Source of the DNA: Selaginella moellendorffii
Lineage: Eukaryota; Plantae; Lycopodiophyta
NCBI RefSeq assembly: GCF_000143415.4
Contig: NW_003314364.1
Coordinates: 490,676 to 554,675, forward strand
DNA length: 64,000 nt
Direction: 5' to 3'
Part shown: positions 25,626 through 37,100 of the stretch, piece by piece
How the letters are laid out: each line of letters starts with the position of its first letter
How positions within the stretch are numbered: position 1 is the stretch's first letter
Position numbers and translations under genes: made by a program
Notes under the pieces: generated by a model
Databases searched by the model: none
Told to the model about the DNA's origin: nothing
The model's input: the letters and a program-made list of their open reading frames with translations, nothing else

Positions 25626-26364
25626 GCATAAACCACAGCTCACAACGCCGCTTACACAAGCAGCGCTCACTGTGCTCAGCGGAACCAAGAACACGGCGCA
25701 CAAAAATGATAGACCTAGGAATGAGTTCTAGAATTCAAAAATAACACACGCTTGAACGTCACATCAAATCCTCTGACAAACCAGATCTTATGATTCCTCT
25801 GACAAATTTCAAACTGAGTAGCTTCTAGACTTTGCTGTCAGAGGTTGAACTTTGCCATGCCATGTCAGCAATCCGCGCCAAGATTATTCGCCGTGTAAAG
25901 GAATAATTATGCTGTGTGTGTACGTCCATTTATGGCAATATAAGGCCACACGCCATTCAAAGAATAATGCTAGTCAAGCATTTTTTGGTGCATTTTTGGG
26001 TTCAAAATTGCATGAGCCCACACGTTATAAAGTTTACCTGTACCAAAAATAGAAACAGCTTTATTTACTTGGGAATTTAAGTGGTTGACGCATTTTTAAA
26101 CTTACAAACACATGCCCTACTTACATTCCTTTGGTTGTTTAAAATTCAAAAATATTATAAACCTTTCTTTTTGCATTTTCAATGTTTTCAATTATGGTTT
26201 TTCATTTTCGTAGGACCAGCCTAGTAATCTATTTGCATCCTGTCATGTTTATAGCTAGCTTTTGTTTGTCCCCTTCGCTAGCCTGAGATACATCTGCTCG
26301 GCATCTGCCTCTTACAGCATTTGCCCAGAAAGGGCATCTTTCTTCACGCAGCGTTTGCCACATA

Positions 26365-26390
26365 TTTAGGGTTTAGGGTTTAGGGTTTAG
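26365..26390 (+). repeat. Interstitial plant telomeric repeat (TTTAGGG)x3.7 / telo-box in the divergent intergenic region
   Basis: tttagggtttagggtttagggtttag. Confidence 0.85.
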
Positions 26391-29300
26391 CAATTCAGTA
26401 GCTTGATAAACATGCAAATACAGAACTTGATGCAAAATCCTTTGATATGTTACAATGCCCCTAGGACCATAAACACATTTCAATAGAGAGGGTCCTTTCA
26501 TTTCATAACTCCTTACGTAGATCTTGGTGAAACCAGAGTTAGTGAAGTTAGTTTCTTGTGATCCCACATCTGATTGTGATGTCCCTTTGCAGTGTCGATG
26601 GAAAGGTCAATGCACACCAAACTGTAAAATCTTGGAGCAAAATAACGGTCGGATCTATGGCAAATGCCCCTGAAACATTGTAAGGCTCGTGTGGTCTCAT
26701 GTGGTGTCCGATCGAGATGCAGGGTCATCAAGAAAGACATTGTATACCATTCTGTAAAATCTAGTTACGATCTAACGGTTGGATCTCCAGAAAACTCAAA
26801 AAAATCTCGCGCGTCTTAGAATATTCTAGGAATATACTCCTATGTGCCCCTGAAAATGGCATGCGGCCCCACGCCATTCAAGAGATAACGCCAGATGACG
26901 CCGAGCATTTTTTGGTGCATTTTTTGGGATTTTTTGTATACCATTCTTTATTTAGCTGAACATCTGGCATTTTTGGAAATACAGGATGCTTTGGAATATC
27001 CAATCATGCATGGTATAAATATAGCGAGGGTATTAAATGATATCCCAATCATGATCTTTCTTTTGGATTTCGCGTGCATGCAATCCGAGGAATGATGACG
27101 TTGCGGATTTCTTTTGGATTTCACGTCAATGGTGGCGCCCAAGTCCGAGGAATGATGACGTGGCGGGATTACCAACCGTCGTGACATTTCACGCGTGTGA
27201 GGTTAGGTTTTGCATTTTGCTTCGTACTCACGCTCACATCGCGCTCCCACTCGCGATCACGCTCACATTCACGCTCATCTACCTTCTCTACAGGTTTCTC
27301 GTGTGCATCGGCGTCCACTCGCGCTTGCATCACACTCGCGCTCGCATCGCGCTTGTGTGCATCGGCATCCACTTCAAGACACACCCAGTTTGTAACTTCG
27401 CCGCCAACTCCGCCGCCCACTCCGCTACCCACACGCAGCCCACTTGGCGTCCCAAGAGATTTCAGCGCCATTCTCCAACTGTAAGTGGCAGAGTAGCCTT
27501 GCTGCTACGATCCGCTGCACACACAGTGCACATTCGCCAGCGAGTCCGGCCTCGATTGTCACGCCTCCATTCGGCTTCAAATGGTAAGTCTTTTAGGCCA
27601 AGTAGAAAATGGCATGAGGCCACATGCCATTCAGTAGCAACATTGGCATGCACCGATTGGGCTCTCGAGTGCAGTCCGGTTACAGATGGCGTGTAGCCTC
27701 ACGCCATCATAGGATGCAGCCTCAAGACATCTGATGCAGTGGTGAATGGCGTGTGGCCTCACGTTATTTCCAGCTGCTAGCTTTTCATCTGTCAGCTCTA
27801 ATTGTTGTGCATTTCTGAACAGGCGAGGAATTGCGTTCTTCTTCCAGCCACTGTCAATGTGGATGCAGAGAAGGGGGAGGAGCTCACCAGTTGGACTTTC
27901 AGGATGGAAAGCGAGGATCTGAGGCTGTACAACACAGATGGTGGGAGAAAAGAATGCATGGGGATCCTCATCCAAGTGACAGACACTCCATGCAGTTCCA
28001 TGCAAGAATATGGATTGGCACTTGTGGTAGAGACAGCGTCCGCCTTTAAGATCCACCTTGCACATCCTAGTGGCTTCCCGAAGGGAGGCAGCGGCTATGA
28101 GGAATTCCTAGAGGGAGCTAGGGAGAGGTTGTCCAGGAGGCCCACAATTTCAAAGACGCTGCGGGTCTATGAAGATCACATGGAATCCACGGACCTCATC
28201 TACGGCGATGTTCAAAAACTATATTCCAACATTGAGCTGTTGAGAGTGCCTCCAGTTCGCGAAGCGAAGGGGAAGGGGGTCGATCTGGAAACTACCCCGA
28301 AGCAGAAAAGGGTGGTCAAGCTCAAGCCGACGTCTGACTCTCCTGCTCCCAAAAAAGAAGCTACTTGGTGATGCCATTGCCTCAGGTTCGAACACTACAC
28401 CCACAAAAAACAAGAGCCGCAAAGAGCACAAAGAGCAAGAAGAGGCAGCAAAAATCGTCGCAGATAATAGTACTTGTTACTATTCCAACAAAGTATATAC
28501 AATCGACGTGAGCCGTATTGACATCCAAAGAAAATACAACCACAGGCTAGTATCTGATGAGTGGGTGGAGAAACTGAAGCAGAAAATGCTGGCAAGTCCA
28601 GTAACACCCGATATCGCAGACGTGATCCCCTACTACCGAACAATGAAGGGCGAGACGAGGTTTCCAGACTTGATCAATAGGAAGGTGTTGGACGATCAGA
28701 ACATCCGGTTCTATGCCATCTCCGGACAGCATTCTAGCTTGGCGATGCAAGAGATAGTTGTGGATATTATGGTGGGCGAGGAGGTGAAGAAAGTCTTCAA
28801 GACAAGAGTTGTCCGCCTGATAAAAGGCAACTCGCCCCTCCGATCTATCATATACATCTCCCACGCACAGAATGTCAAGCAAGAAACGTGCTACAAATCG
28901 GGTCTGCACGAGACATTGGCACGAACACGGAAGCTCTAGGTTCAACTGAAGAAGCCACAAAAACCAGGACAAGGACGTGCACTAGCAACTAGCGCCTGGC
29001 AGGTAAGCCTCGTTGCATGTGGCATAGCATGTGGCCTCACGCCATTTCCATTGCAGGAATTCTTGAGTGTTCTCTCGAAAACACTGGGGGTCAATGACAC
29101 ACTTAGCATCCATAACATTCTACTCGCGACAAAAGTTGTTTTTGACAAATGGGTACATGTGCTGAGGAGGTACCATGACGGGGAGTTGCTAAACTCAATG
29201 GGTGTGGAGGACGGCCGGAAGCCCAATGATTTGAAGCTCAACGCCTTGCGTTTCTCGTGGTCTCTAGACGACGACGACCTTCTGACAGTGGCTAATGCTC

Positions 29301-32230
29301 TTCTACGTGGTGAGGTAGTCTTCAACAAGACCAAAATGACTCCTCGCCATATTGTGACATACGAGGACTTGTGCACGACTCTGGGAGCTCGTGCGCTATT
29401 GAAGGATTGGATCTTCGAGCAAGTGGCCGTGGAGAGGGTGAGCATCGACACCACGCAAGAGATGATGGAAGCGCTGGAGTTGTCAAATGAAGACATCAAC
29501 GAGTACGTGAAGGGGGCCCCCAAGTTCATCGATCTGCTGCGGGATGCCACGAAAAGTAAAGCTGAGAAGTTGGATCAGTATCCAAATTTCATTAAGAGGG
29601 ATGTCGGCCGCCGGCTTCAGAAACAGCTCGACCCCGCAGCAGAGGCCTATCGAGAACCTTACCGGGTATACGTGAATTCGGATGAGGATCAAAGGTGGAG
29701 GAGCATCGTTTCCCGCGGAGATGAGCAGGTCAAGAACATCTTTTGTGTGATGGACTTCACAAACGAGGAGATCACTCATGCAGACGAAGTCAGCTCCATC
29801 ATTGACTTAATGGTGGGACTTGCGGAGGTGGAATCTTCAGTCCACTATATGATCTATGACTCCGAATCCTATCACAAGTTTTGGAAGGCCTTGAACGAGG
29901 TGAAGGCTCGGTTGAAAGGCAAGGAGATGCGGGAGATCCATGGGATAATGGCTAAGAAGAAGATACTGACGAATGTCCGCATCTTCACACTCGCCCTTGT
30001 TATTGGTCCTGCAGCAGAGTGGGACTGGAGTGACTTCCCAGCTTCATTCGACAAGGCCGATCGAATTGATCTGAGGGAGGTCAATTTACCCGTGCCTAAG
30101 GAACTGAAGACGGCTATGGAGCTTTCAAATCCAAAGAAAGCTCCAGGTGCAGCATGGGAAATGCTCAGCTGGGTCTTCAACGCAATAGTGGGTGGGTCAC
30201 CTGCTTCCGACTCCAAGGGTAAATGCGTTGTCGAGTACAATTGCGGCGGACTATTCTTTCGAGCCGCACTACTCAAGGGTGTCCTGTGTGTTGCGGTGAC
30301 AAACTCCATTGAAGAGGTGACTTCAATGGAGCATTTAATTACAGTTGCCAAAGAAAAATAATATCTTCTCTGCGAACCTGGTGAGAACGCACTTTAAGTT
30401 TAAATGTTATCTCACAAGCTCTGTATGCAGGAGCGTGGCCACCCCCAGATGCTGAAACGGCGTTAACAGCTATTGTTGAAGATACCCATGTTGGGCCGAG
30501 CTCACAACCTGCACAAAGTAAGGTCACGTGAGGCCTCACGCCATTTTGATTATAGATCGTTGTGAATATTTAGACACGAGGACTGAAAAGCGCACTGGTG
30601 GCGCGTCGAAGAAGGACAAACAGACAAGCAATAGGAAAAAAGGAGGTACAAATTATATTTGCAATGGCGTGTGGTCTTATGCCATTCCTTGCAGGAGACA
30701 CTTCTTCAAAGGCAAAATAGGCAAGCACCAGCCAAGCTCAAACTGACAGTGGTCATAAAAAGCGAAAGCACGTTGGACAGTCGTCAGGATCAGAGGCATT
30801 TGATTCGAAAAGGAAGAAGGGCAACGAAAAGATGATAGGTAATGCCTCGCGGTTATGGCGTGTGTGCTCATGCCATTCATTGCAGATCAAGAGCTAAGTG
30901 AAAGCAGCCAGTCACCACCTCCTCACTCAGATTCCTATGGCGGACTCCCCTTCCCCAATCTCAATGGAGAGGTACAATGGATGAGGGATGCTTTTCAAGT
31001 CAGGGCCACGTTTTTCTCATCTCGTCGTCTTCGAAGGGTGCAAGAACGTGCAGAAACCATGTTAAGATAGTCGGGTGAGGATACGGTCCTAGGTCACGCA
31101 CTAAAACAGACTATGGATGTCTTGTATTTTGAGATGGAGACTCGGCCAGATGATTTTCCCAAGATGGTCATGGAAGAACAATCCATCCAGCCTGAGCAGC
31201 ATATGGAAGAAATGCAGGAGGGGGATGAGGAGCCAGAGAAAGATAATAAGCAGGAAGAGCAGAAGGACGAAGAGGAGGACAAAGAAGAGGAGGACGAAGA
31301 AGAGGAGGACGAAGAGGACTTGGATGGTCCTCACAATGGTGATGATCACAATAACGACGACGACGATGATGACGACGATGGCCAGCCTGAGGTGGCCAAA
31401 GAGCAGCGGAGGAAGGTCATACAAGACAAACTATCAGGTAAATAATAGTACATCCATTCCTAACCTTTTACCATTTCTAACATTGTCTATGTAGGTCGCA
31501 GAGCAAATGATAAGTAGAGATTATTCAGTTGAATTAAGATACAAACTCTAGCCTTTAGTGTCGAGGAAGGATAGTGCCAAGCAAGGGTCGAAACGTATGT
31601 CCAATCCTTCAGAATCAGCAGTGCGCCCAAGTGATATCGGTCCTAGTTCCTCAATAGCAGTTGATGGTAAATACAGTATAGTCGATTCAATGTGCTAATG
31701 AGTTTGTTTTTAGTAGCACGGGAGGATACCATCTCAATCAAAGGGAGATATTTGGACATGCATATGGATCCGCCAGTGGACTCTACTTGCCTGCAAGAGT
31801 CATCAGAGCTGGTGGAGGCTACTATCCATATCAACGCCAAGCAAGCTGACCACGCTCCACTTGATGCTGCCCATACCACTGAGTCAATCTTGTCCACGTA
31901 TCCAACTAACGGTGACCAGGCGCCATTGGACCCGCATGAGGCCGCCCCAGCCGCCGAGCCGGTCGTATCCTCATTTCCAACGGACTCAACGTGTGCCCAA
32001 TCGTCTGACTACGCGCTGTTGGAACCTCCCTACACCGCCCCTGCTGCCTGTTCGGTCATGTCCACTTTGCCAACAGAGGCACCAGCTGAAATGGTGTGTG
32101 ATCACACGCCATCGGAACCACCCCATGCCACTGTTGAGCCAATTGTACCAGAGTCTACAGCTGAAATGGCATGTGTCTGTAAGCGACTAAATTTTCCATT
32201 CTACTTTAGTCACTTAACCACACCTCTGAC

Positions 32231-32962
32231 TGTGAGACACAAAATCCCTAGGCCCCAAAGTGGAGCCAGAGGGGCGCCACATGGTAGTGGCCGAAGCGAG
32301 AGCCAAACGAGCGTAACACGTTTGGACCAAAAGCTCCAACTTGAAAAGTCAAGAGCGGGAGTGGAACTCCCAACGAAGTGCTCGAGGAACGAGCACGAAG
32401 CGAGCAAAAGGCGAGGCTCCAAAAAGGGACCCAAAAGGACCAACACATGACACGTGGGAGTGTCCGAGATGGACTCGAGTTGGAGTCCGAAGTGGAGTCC
32501 GAGATGGACCCGAGTTGGAGTCCGAAGTGGAGTCCGAGATGGACCTGAGTTGGAGTCCGAAGTGGAGTCCGAGATGGACCCGAGTTGGAGTCCGAAGTGG
32601 AGTCCGAGATGGACCCGAGATGGAGTCCGAAGTGGAGTCCGAGGTGGACCCGAGATGGACCCGAGTTGGAGTCCGAAGTGGAGTCCGAGATGGACCCGAG
32701 ATGGAGTCCGAGATGGAGTCCGAGATGGAGTCCGAGGTGGACCCGAGATGGACCCGAAATGGAGTCCGAGATGGACCCGAGATGGAGTCCGAGATGGACC
32801 CGAGATGGAGTCCGAGATGGAGTCCGAGATGGACCCGAGATGGAGTCCGAGATGGACCCGAGATGGACCCGAGATGGAGTCCGAGATGGAGTCCGAGATG
32901 GAGTCCGAGATGGAGTCCGAGATGGAGTCCGAGATGGAGTCCGAAGTCGAGACCGAGACCGG

Positions 32963-32994
<32 letters not shown>

Positions 32995-34109
32995 TCGGGA
33001 CCGAGACCGAGGCCAAGGCCGAGACCGAGCCCGAGGCCGAGTCCGAGTCCGAATCCGAGTCCGAGTCCGAGTCCGAGTCCGAGTCCGAGTCCGAGTCCGA
33101 GTCCGGAGCCTGAGAGGGTGAAAGCCCAAAGCGTTCGTCTCCCAGACCCTGGGGGGTTTGGTGAGCTCCAAAAGTATAGTAAGGGGGAGGACTGCAGTGG
33201 AGCCAGTTTGGCCAGGAAAGGCCAGTTTGGCCCAGGAAGGCCGGACCCAGTGTTGGGTGATGAGCTGCCCACTGGGAAGTCCAAGACTAGAGTGAACACA
33301 GACCGACAAGCAGGGTAGCTTGGTGAAGTGTTCAAGAGCCGGCTCTAGTTCCCCCGGGAGATCGACTGGCCGATGCTCCCAGTCCAAGTGTGGGTGGCAC
33401 TACCTACTTGGATACCTGGTGTGGCTCAACGGAACCCGCTCTAAGCCCATGGCTAGAGCACCCAAGGGCAGAAGGCGAGGAGAGTACCCAGGTGGCTCGC
33501 GTAAGGCCACGGTGTTCCGAAATGTTGTCCCAAAGGACCAGACTGTGGAAAGGAAGAGGAGCAGTCCTCTGGGGTAGTGACCAAGGACACAGTCGTGTGG
33601 TGAGGAAGTCCCAGAGGACCGTGGGACTTAGTGGTCGGGCCTATGGGCCTCGATCCAGTGGCAGTGTCGGCAAACACGGCCAGGGGCAGAAAGGGACTTA
33701 GTGGGGATTGACAGAGGGATATTGGGGAAGGCTATTCCCCTTGTCGGTGGGCATCCTAAGGATGCTAAGGAGTGGATCTGAGATGACCACTCACGGATGG
33801 TTTGCCTGGTCTTGGAGAGCCAAGACTGTGATGCAAGTGGTATTGGACTACTAGTGGGGCAAAGGTGATTGGGCATGGCCTTAGCGCAACGGGCTGCTAT
33901 GTCGGTGGTACCTTTGAGTGTCGGTCATGGGATCGGACACGTGGTGCACTTGGACCAAGTGCAAATGTTGAGTGGCATGGATGCCATTCTCGGGGCTAGC
34001 AAGTCCCAAGTCCTGGATTGAACTTATGGAGGTTGTGAATGAGACTCCTCCAAGTGGTCAGAGGTGTGGTTAAGTGACTAAAGTAGAATGGAAAATTTAG
34101 TCGCTTACA
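32231..34109 (+). mobile_element. Solo LTR, family A, inserted in opposite orientation into the 3' LTR of the same family
   Basis: tgtgagacac...gtcgcttaca flanked by TSD CTGAC (32226-32230 / 34110-34114). Confidence 0.93.
32455..33110 (+). repeat. LTR-internal compound minisatellite (GAGATGGAGTCC / GAGATGGACCC / GAGACC / GAGTCC); also at 34975-35550, 39980-40530, 43440-43830, 45995-46290 and 10230-10420
   Basis: Direct 6-, 11- and 12-bp tandem units. Confidence 0.95.
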
Positions 34110-37100
34110 CTGACCATTTGGAGGAGTCTCATTCACAACCTCCATAAGTTCAATCCAGGACGTGGGACTTGCTAGCCCCGAGAATGGCATCCATGCCACT
34201 CAACATTTGCACTTGGTCCAAGTGCTCCATGTGTCCAATCCCATGACCAACACTCAAAGGTACCACCGACATAGCAGCCCGTTACGCTAAGGCCATGCCC
34301 AATCACCTTTGCCACACTGGTAGTCCAATACCACTTGCATCACCAATAGCCTTCCCCAATATCCCTCTGTCAGTCCCCACTAAGTCCCTTTCTGCCCCTG
34401 GCTGTGTTTGGCAACACTGCCACTGGATCGAGGCCCACAGGCTCGACCACTAAGTCCCACAGTCCTCTGGGACTTCCCCACCACACGACTGTGTCCTTGG
34501 TCACTACCCCAGAGGACTACTCCTCTTCCTTTCCACAGTCTGGGCCTTTGGGACAACATTTCGGAACACCGTGGCCTTACGCGAGCCACCTGGGTACTCT
34601 CCCCGCCTTTCGCCTTTAGGTGCTCTAGCCATGGGCTTAGAGCGAGGTTCCGTTGAGCCACGACAGGTATCCAAGTAGGTAGTGCCACCCACACTTGGAC
34701 TGGGAGCATTGGCCAGTCGATCTCCCGGGGGAACTAGAGCCGGCTCTTGAACACTTCACCAAGCTACCCCGCTTGTCGGTCCGTGTTCACTCTAGTTTTG
34801 GACTTCCCAGTGGGCAGCTCATCACCCAACACTGGGTCCGGCCTTCCTGGGCCAAACTGGCCTTTCCTGGCCAAACTGGCTCCACTGCAGTCCTCCCCCT
34901 ACTATACTTTTGGAGCTCACCAAACCCCCCAGGGTCTGGGAGACGAATGCTTTGGGCTTTCACCCTCTCAGGCTCCGGACTCGAACTCGGACTCGGACTC
35001 GGACTCAGACTCGGATTCGAACTCGGACTCGGGCTCGGGCTCGGCCTCGGCCTCGGCCTCGGTCTCGGTCTCGGTCCCGATCTCGGTCTCGGTCTCGGTC
35101 TTGGTCTCGGTCTTGGTCCCGGTCTCGGTCTCGACTTCGGACTCCATCTCGGACTCCATCTCGGACTCCATCTCGGGTCCATCTCGGACTCCATTTCGGG
35201 TCCATCTCGGACTCCATCTCGGACTCCATCTCGGGTCCATCTCGGACTCCATCTCAGACTCCATTTCGGGTCCATCTCGGGTCCACCTCGGACTCCATCT
35301 CGGACTCCATCTCGGACTCCATCTCGGGTCCATCTCGGACTCCACTTCGGACTCCAACTCGGGTCCATCTCGGGTCCACCTCGGACTCCACTTCGGACTC
35401 CATCTCGGACTCCATCTCGAGTCCATCTCGGACTCCATCTCGGACTCCACTTCGGACTCCAACTTGGGTCCATCTCGGACTCCACTTCGGACTCCAACTT
35501 GGGTCCATCTCGGACTCCCCTTCGGACTCCAACTCGAGTCCATCTCGAACACTCCCACGTGTCATGTGTTGGTCCTTTTGGGTCCCTTTTTGGAGCCTCG
35601 CCTTTTGCTCGCTTCGTGCTCGTTCCTTGAGCACTTCGTTGGGAGTTCCACTCCCGCTCTTGACTTTTCAAGTCGGAGCTTTTGGTCCAAATGTGTTACG
35701 CTCGTTTGGCTCTCGCTTCGGCCACTACCATGTGGCGCCCTTCCGGCTCCACTTTGGGGCCTAGGGATTTTGTGTCTCACAACTCCACCACCCATAGACG
35801 AAGTTCGATGTCCTCATCGAACGGTAAACCCTTTCATAAAGTAACACCCACACGTGTTACCATTTCCATCCTTGGCACCTAGCCAATCTTTGTCTATGGT
35901 TTGACACCAAAGGCTCACCATGCCTTGTCCATCCTTTAAGGAGCATAGCCTCTCCAACTTAGAGGCTCATTTGACCACCTGTGGTGGTTCTCTCCTTTTA
36001 TTGGTTTAGTTCTCACTAAACCTGTTAGAGACACCTTCTCTAACTCGATCCCACTACTCGTTCTCAAGTGGTGTCACTTTCCAGCGCTATAACCTTTGCA
36101 CTTTGGAACTTTTACTCTTTTGACTTTTTGGAAGTCAATTTCCTAGGTGTCTCCAACACCTTGCATTGCACAGATTGTGCAACTCCACTCCCCATCCTAG
36201 GAAGTTCATTACTTGAGGGCACCATCATCCTCTCTTCTATTTCGTGCCACCTTGGGCACTAAGTTCCATTTATCATACTTTGTGCTAGGGCTGTCCATGG
36301 CCCTATCATTTGGCTACCTTACCGCTCCCTCCCTTGGAGCTTCCACTTTCGCCAAATCGGAGCAATTCAGAATCCATCCTTGGAAACACACTTCCTTTCC
36401 CGCAATTTGTTAGCATCCAACACATTAGTGTTCCTTGCCTAACTTTGTCACTTGGATTCCTTCCAAGGGATTCCACGGCCCTATCTTGGCCACTCATCTT
36501 TTGCTCCTATCCGTTGATTGTTGCACCAAGCAACGTCGAATCTCTACCTCCCTCCTTGAGGTATTCTTTTGATTCCATAGCAAAGGCTCGGCTTTGCCAA
36601 GACTAGGGTGTTCACCCCTAGTAAGTCTCTTTAGCATCTTCTGCTATAGGCTCTATCCACAGCCCAACTTTGTGACCCTCCCATGGGTCTCTTTAGAGAC
36701 TACTTTCCTTGGACACACTATGCCATCGCAATGACATAGCTTATTTCCCTAAGGTGCTTTTCCCACTTGGTCACCTTGACCAAGCTACACCATCATCAAT
36801 AGTTCAAATCAACACTTTGAACTAAGAACCTTATTCCTTAACCCAAACAAGGACCTTGTCCTTATTTAGCCACAAGATCACCTAGTGATCTCACCTCGGC
36901 ACCTTAACAGGTTCGCCAATAGGTACTAGGTCTTCCAGACCTTTAACTTGTTAACTACGACCCCGGGGGCATCCCCCACACTTGGCGGTGCACCCAAGCC
37001 AGCCCTTCCGGCCAAGGGTCCATAGCAACTGAGATTAGGTGTCCCCATCTCACTCACCACATCCTTGGTGCCACTTGCACCAAAGCGTTCAAGTTAGATA

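Noticed and set aside
26365-26390. Chromosome end or true telomere
   Set aside because: Only about 3.7 units, internal to a transposon.
32210-35844. Many long overlapping ORFs (ESEM/WSPR/RDGV/GLHL repeats), also at 39.7-40.9, 43.2-43.9, 45.9-46.5 and 10.1-10.4 kb
   Set aside because: They are by-products of a stop-free minisatellite inside the family-A LTR and are open in nearly all six frames.
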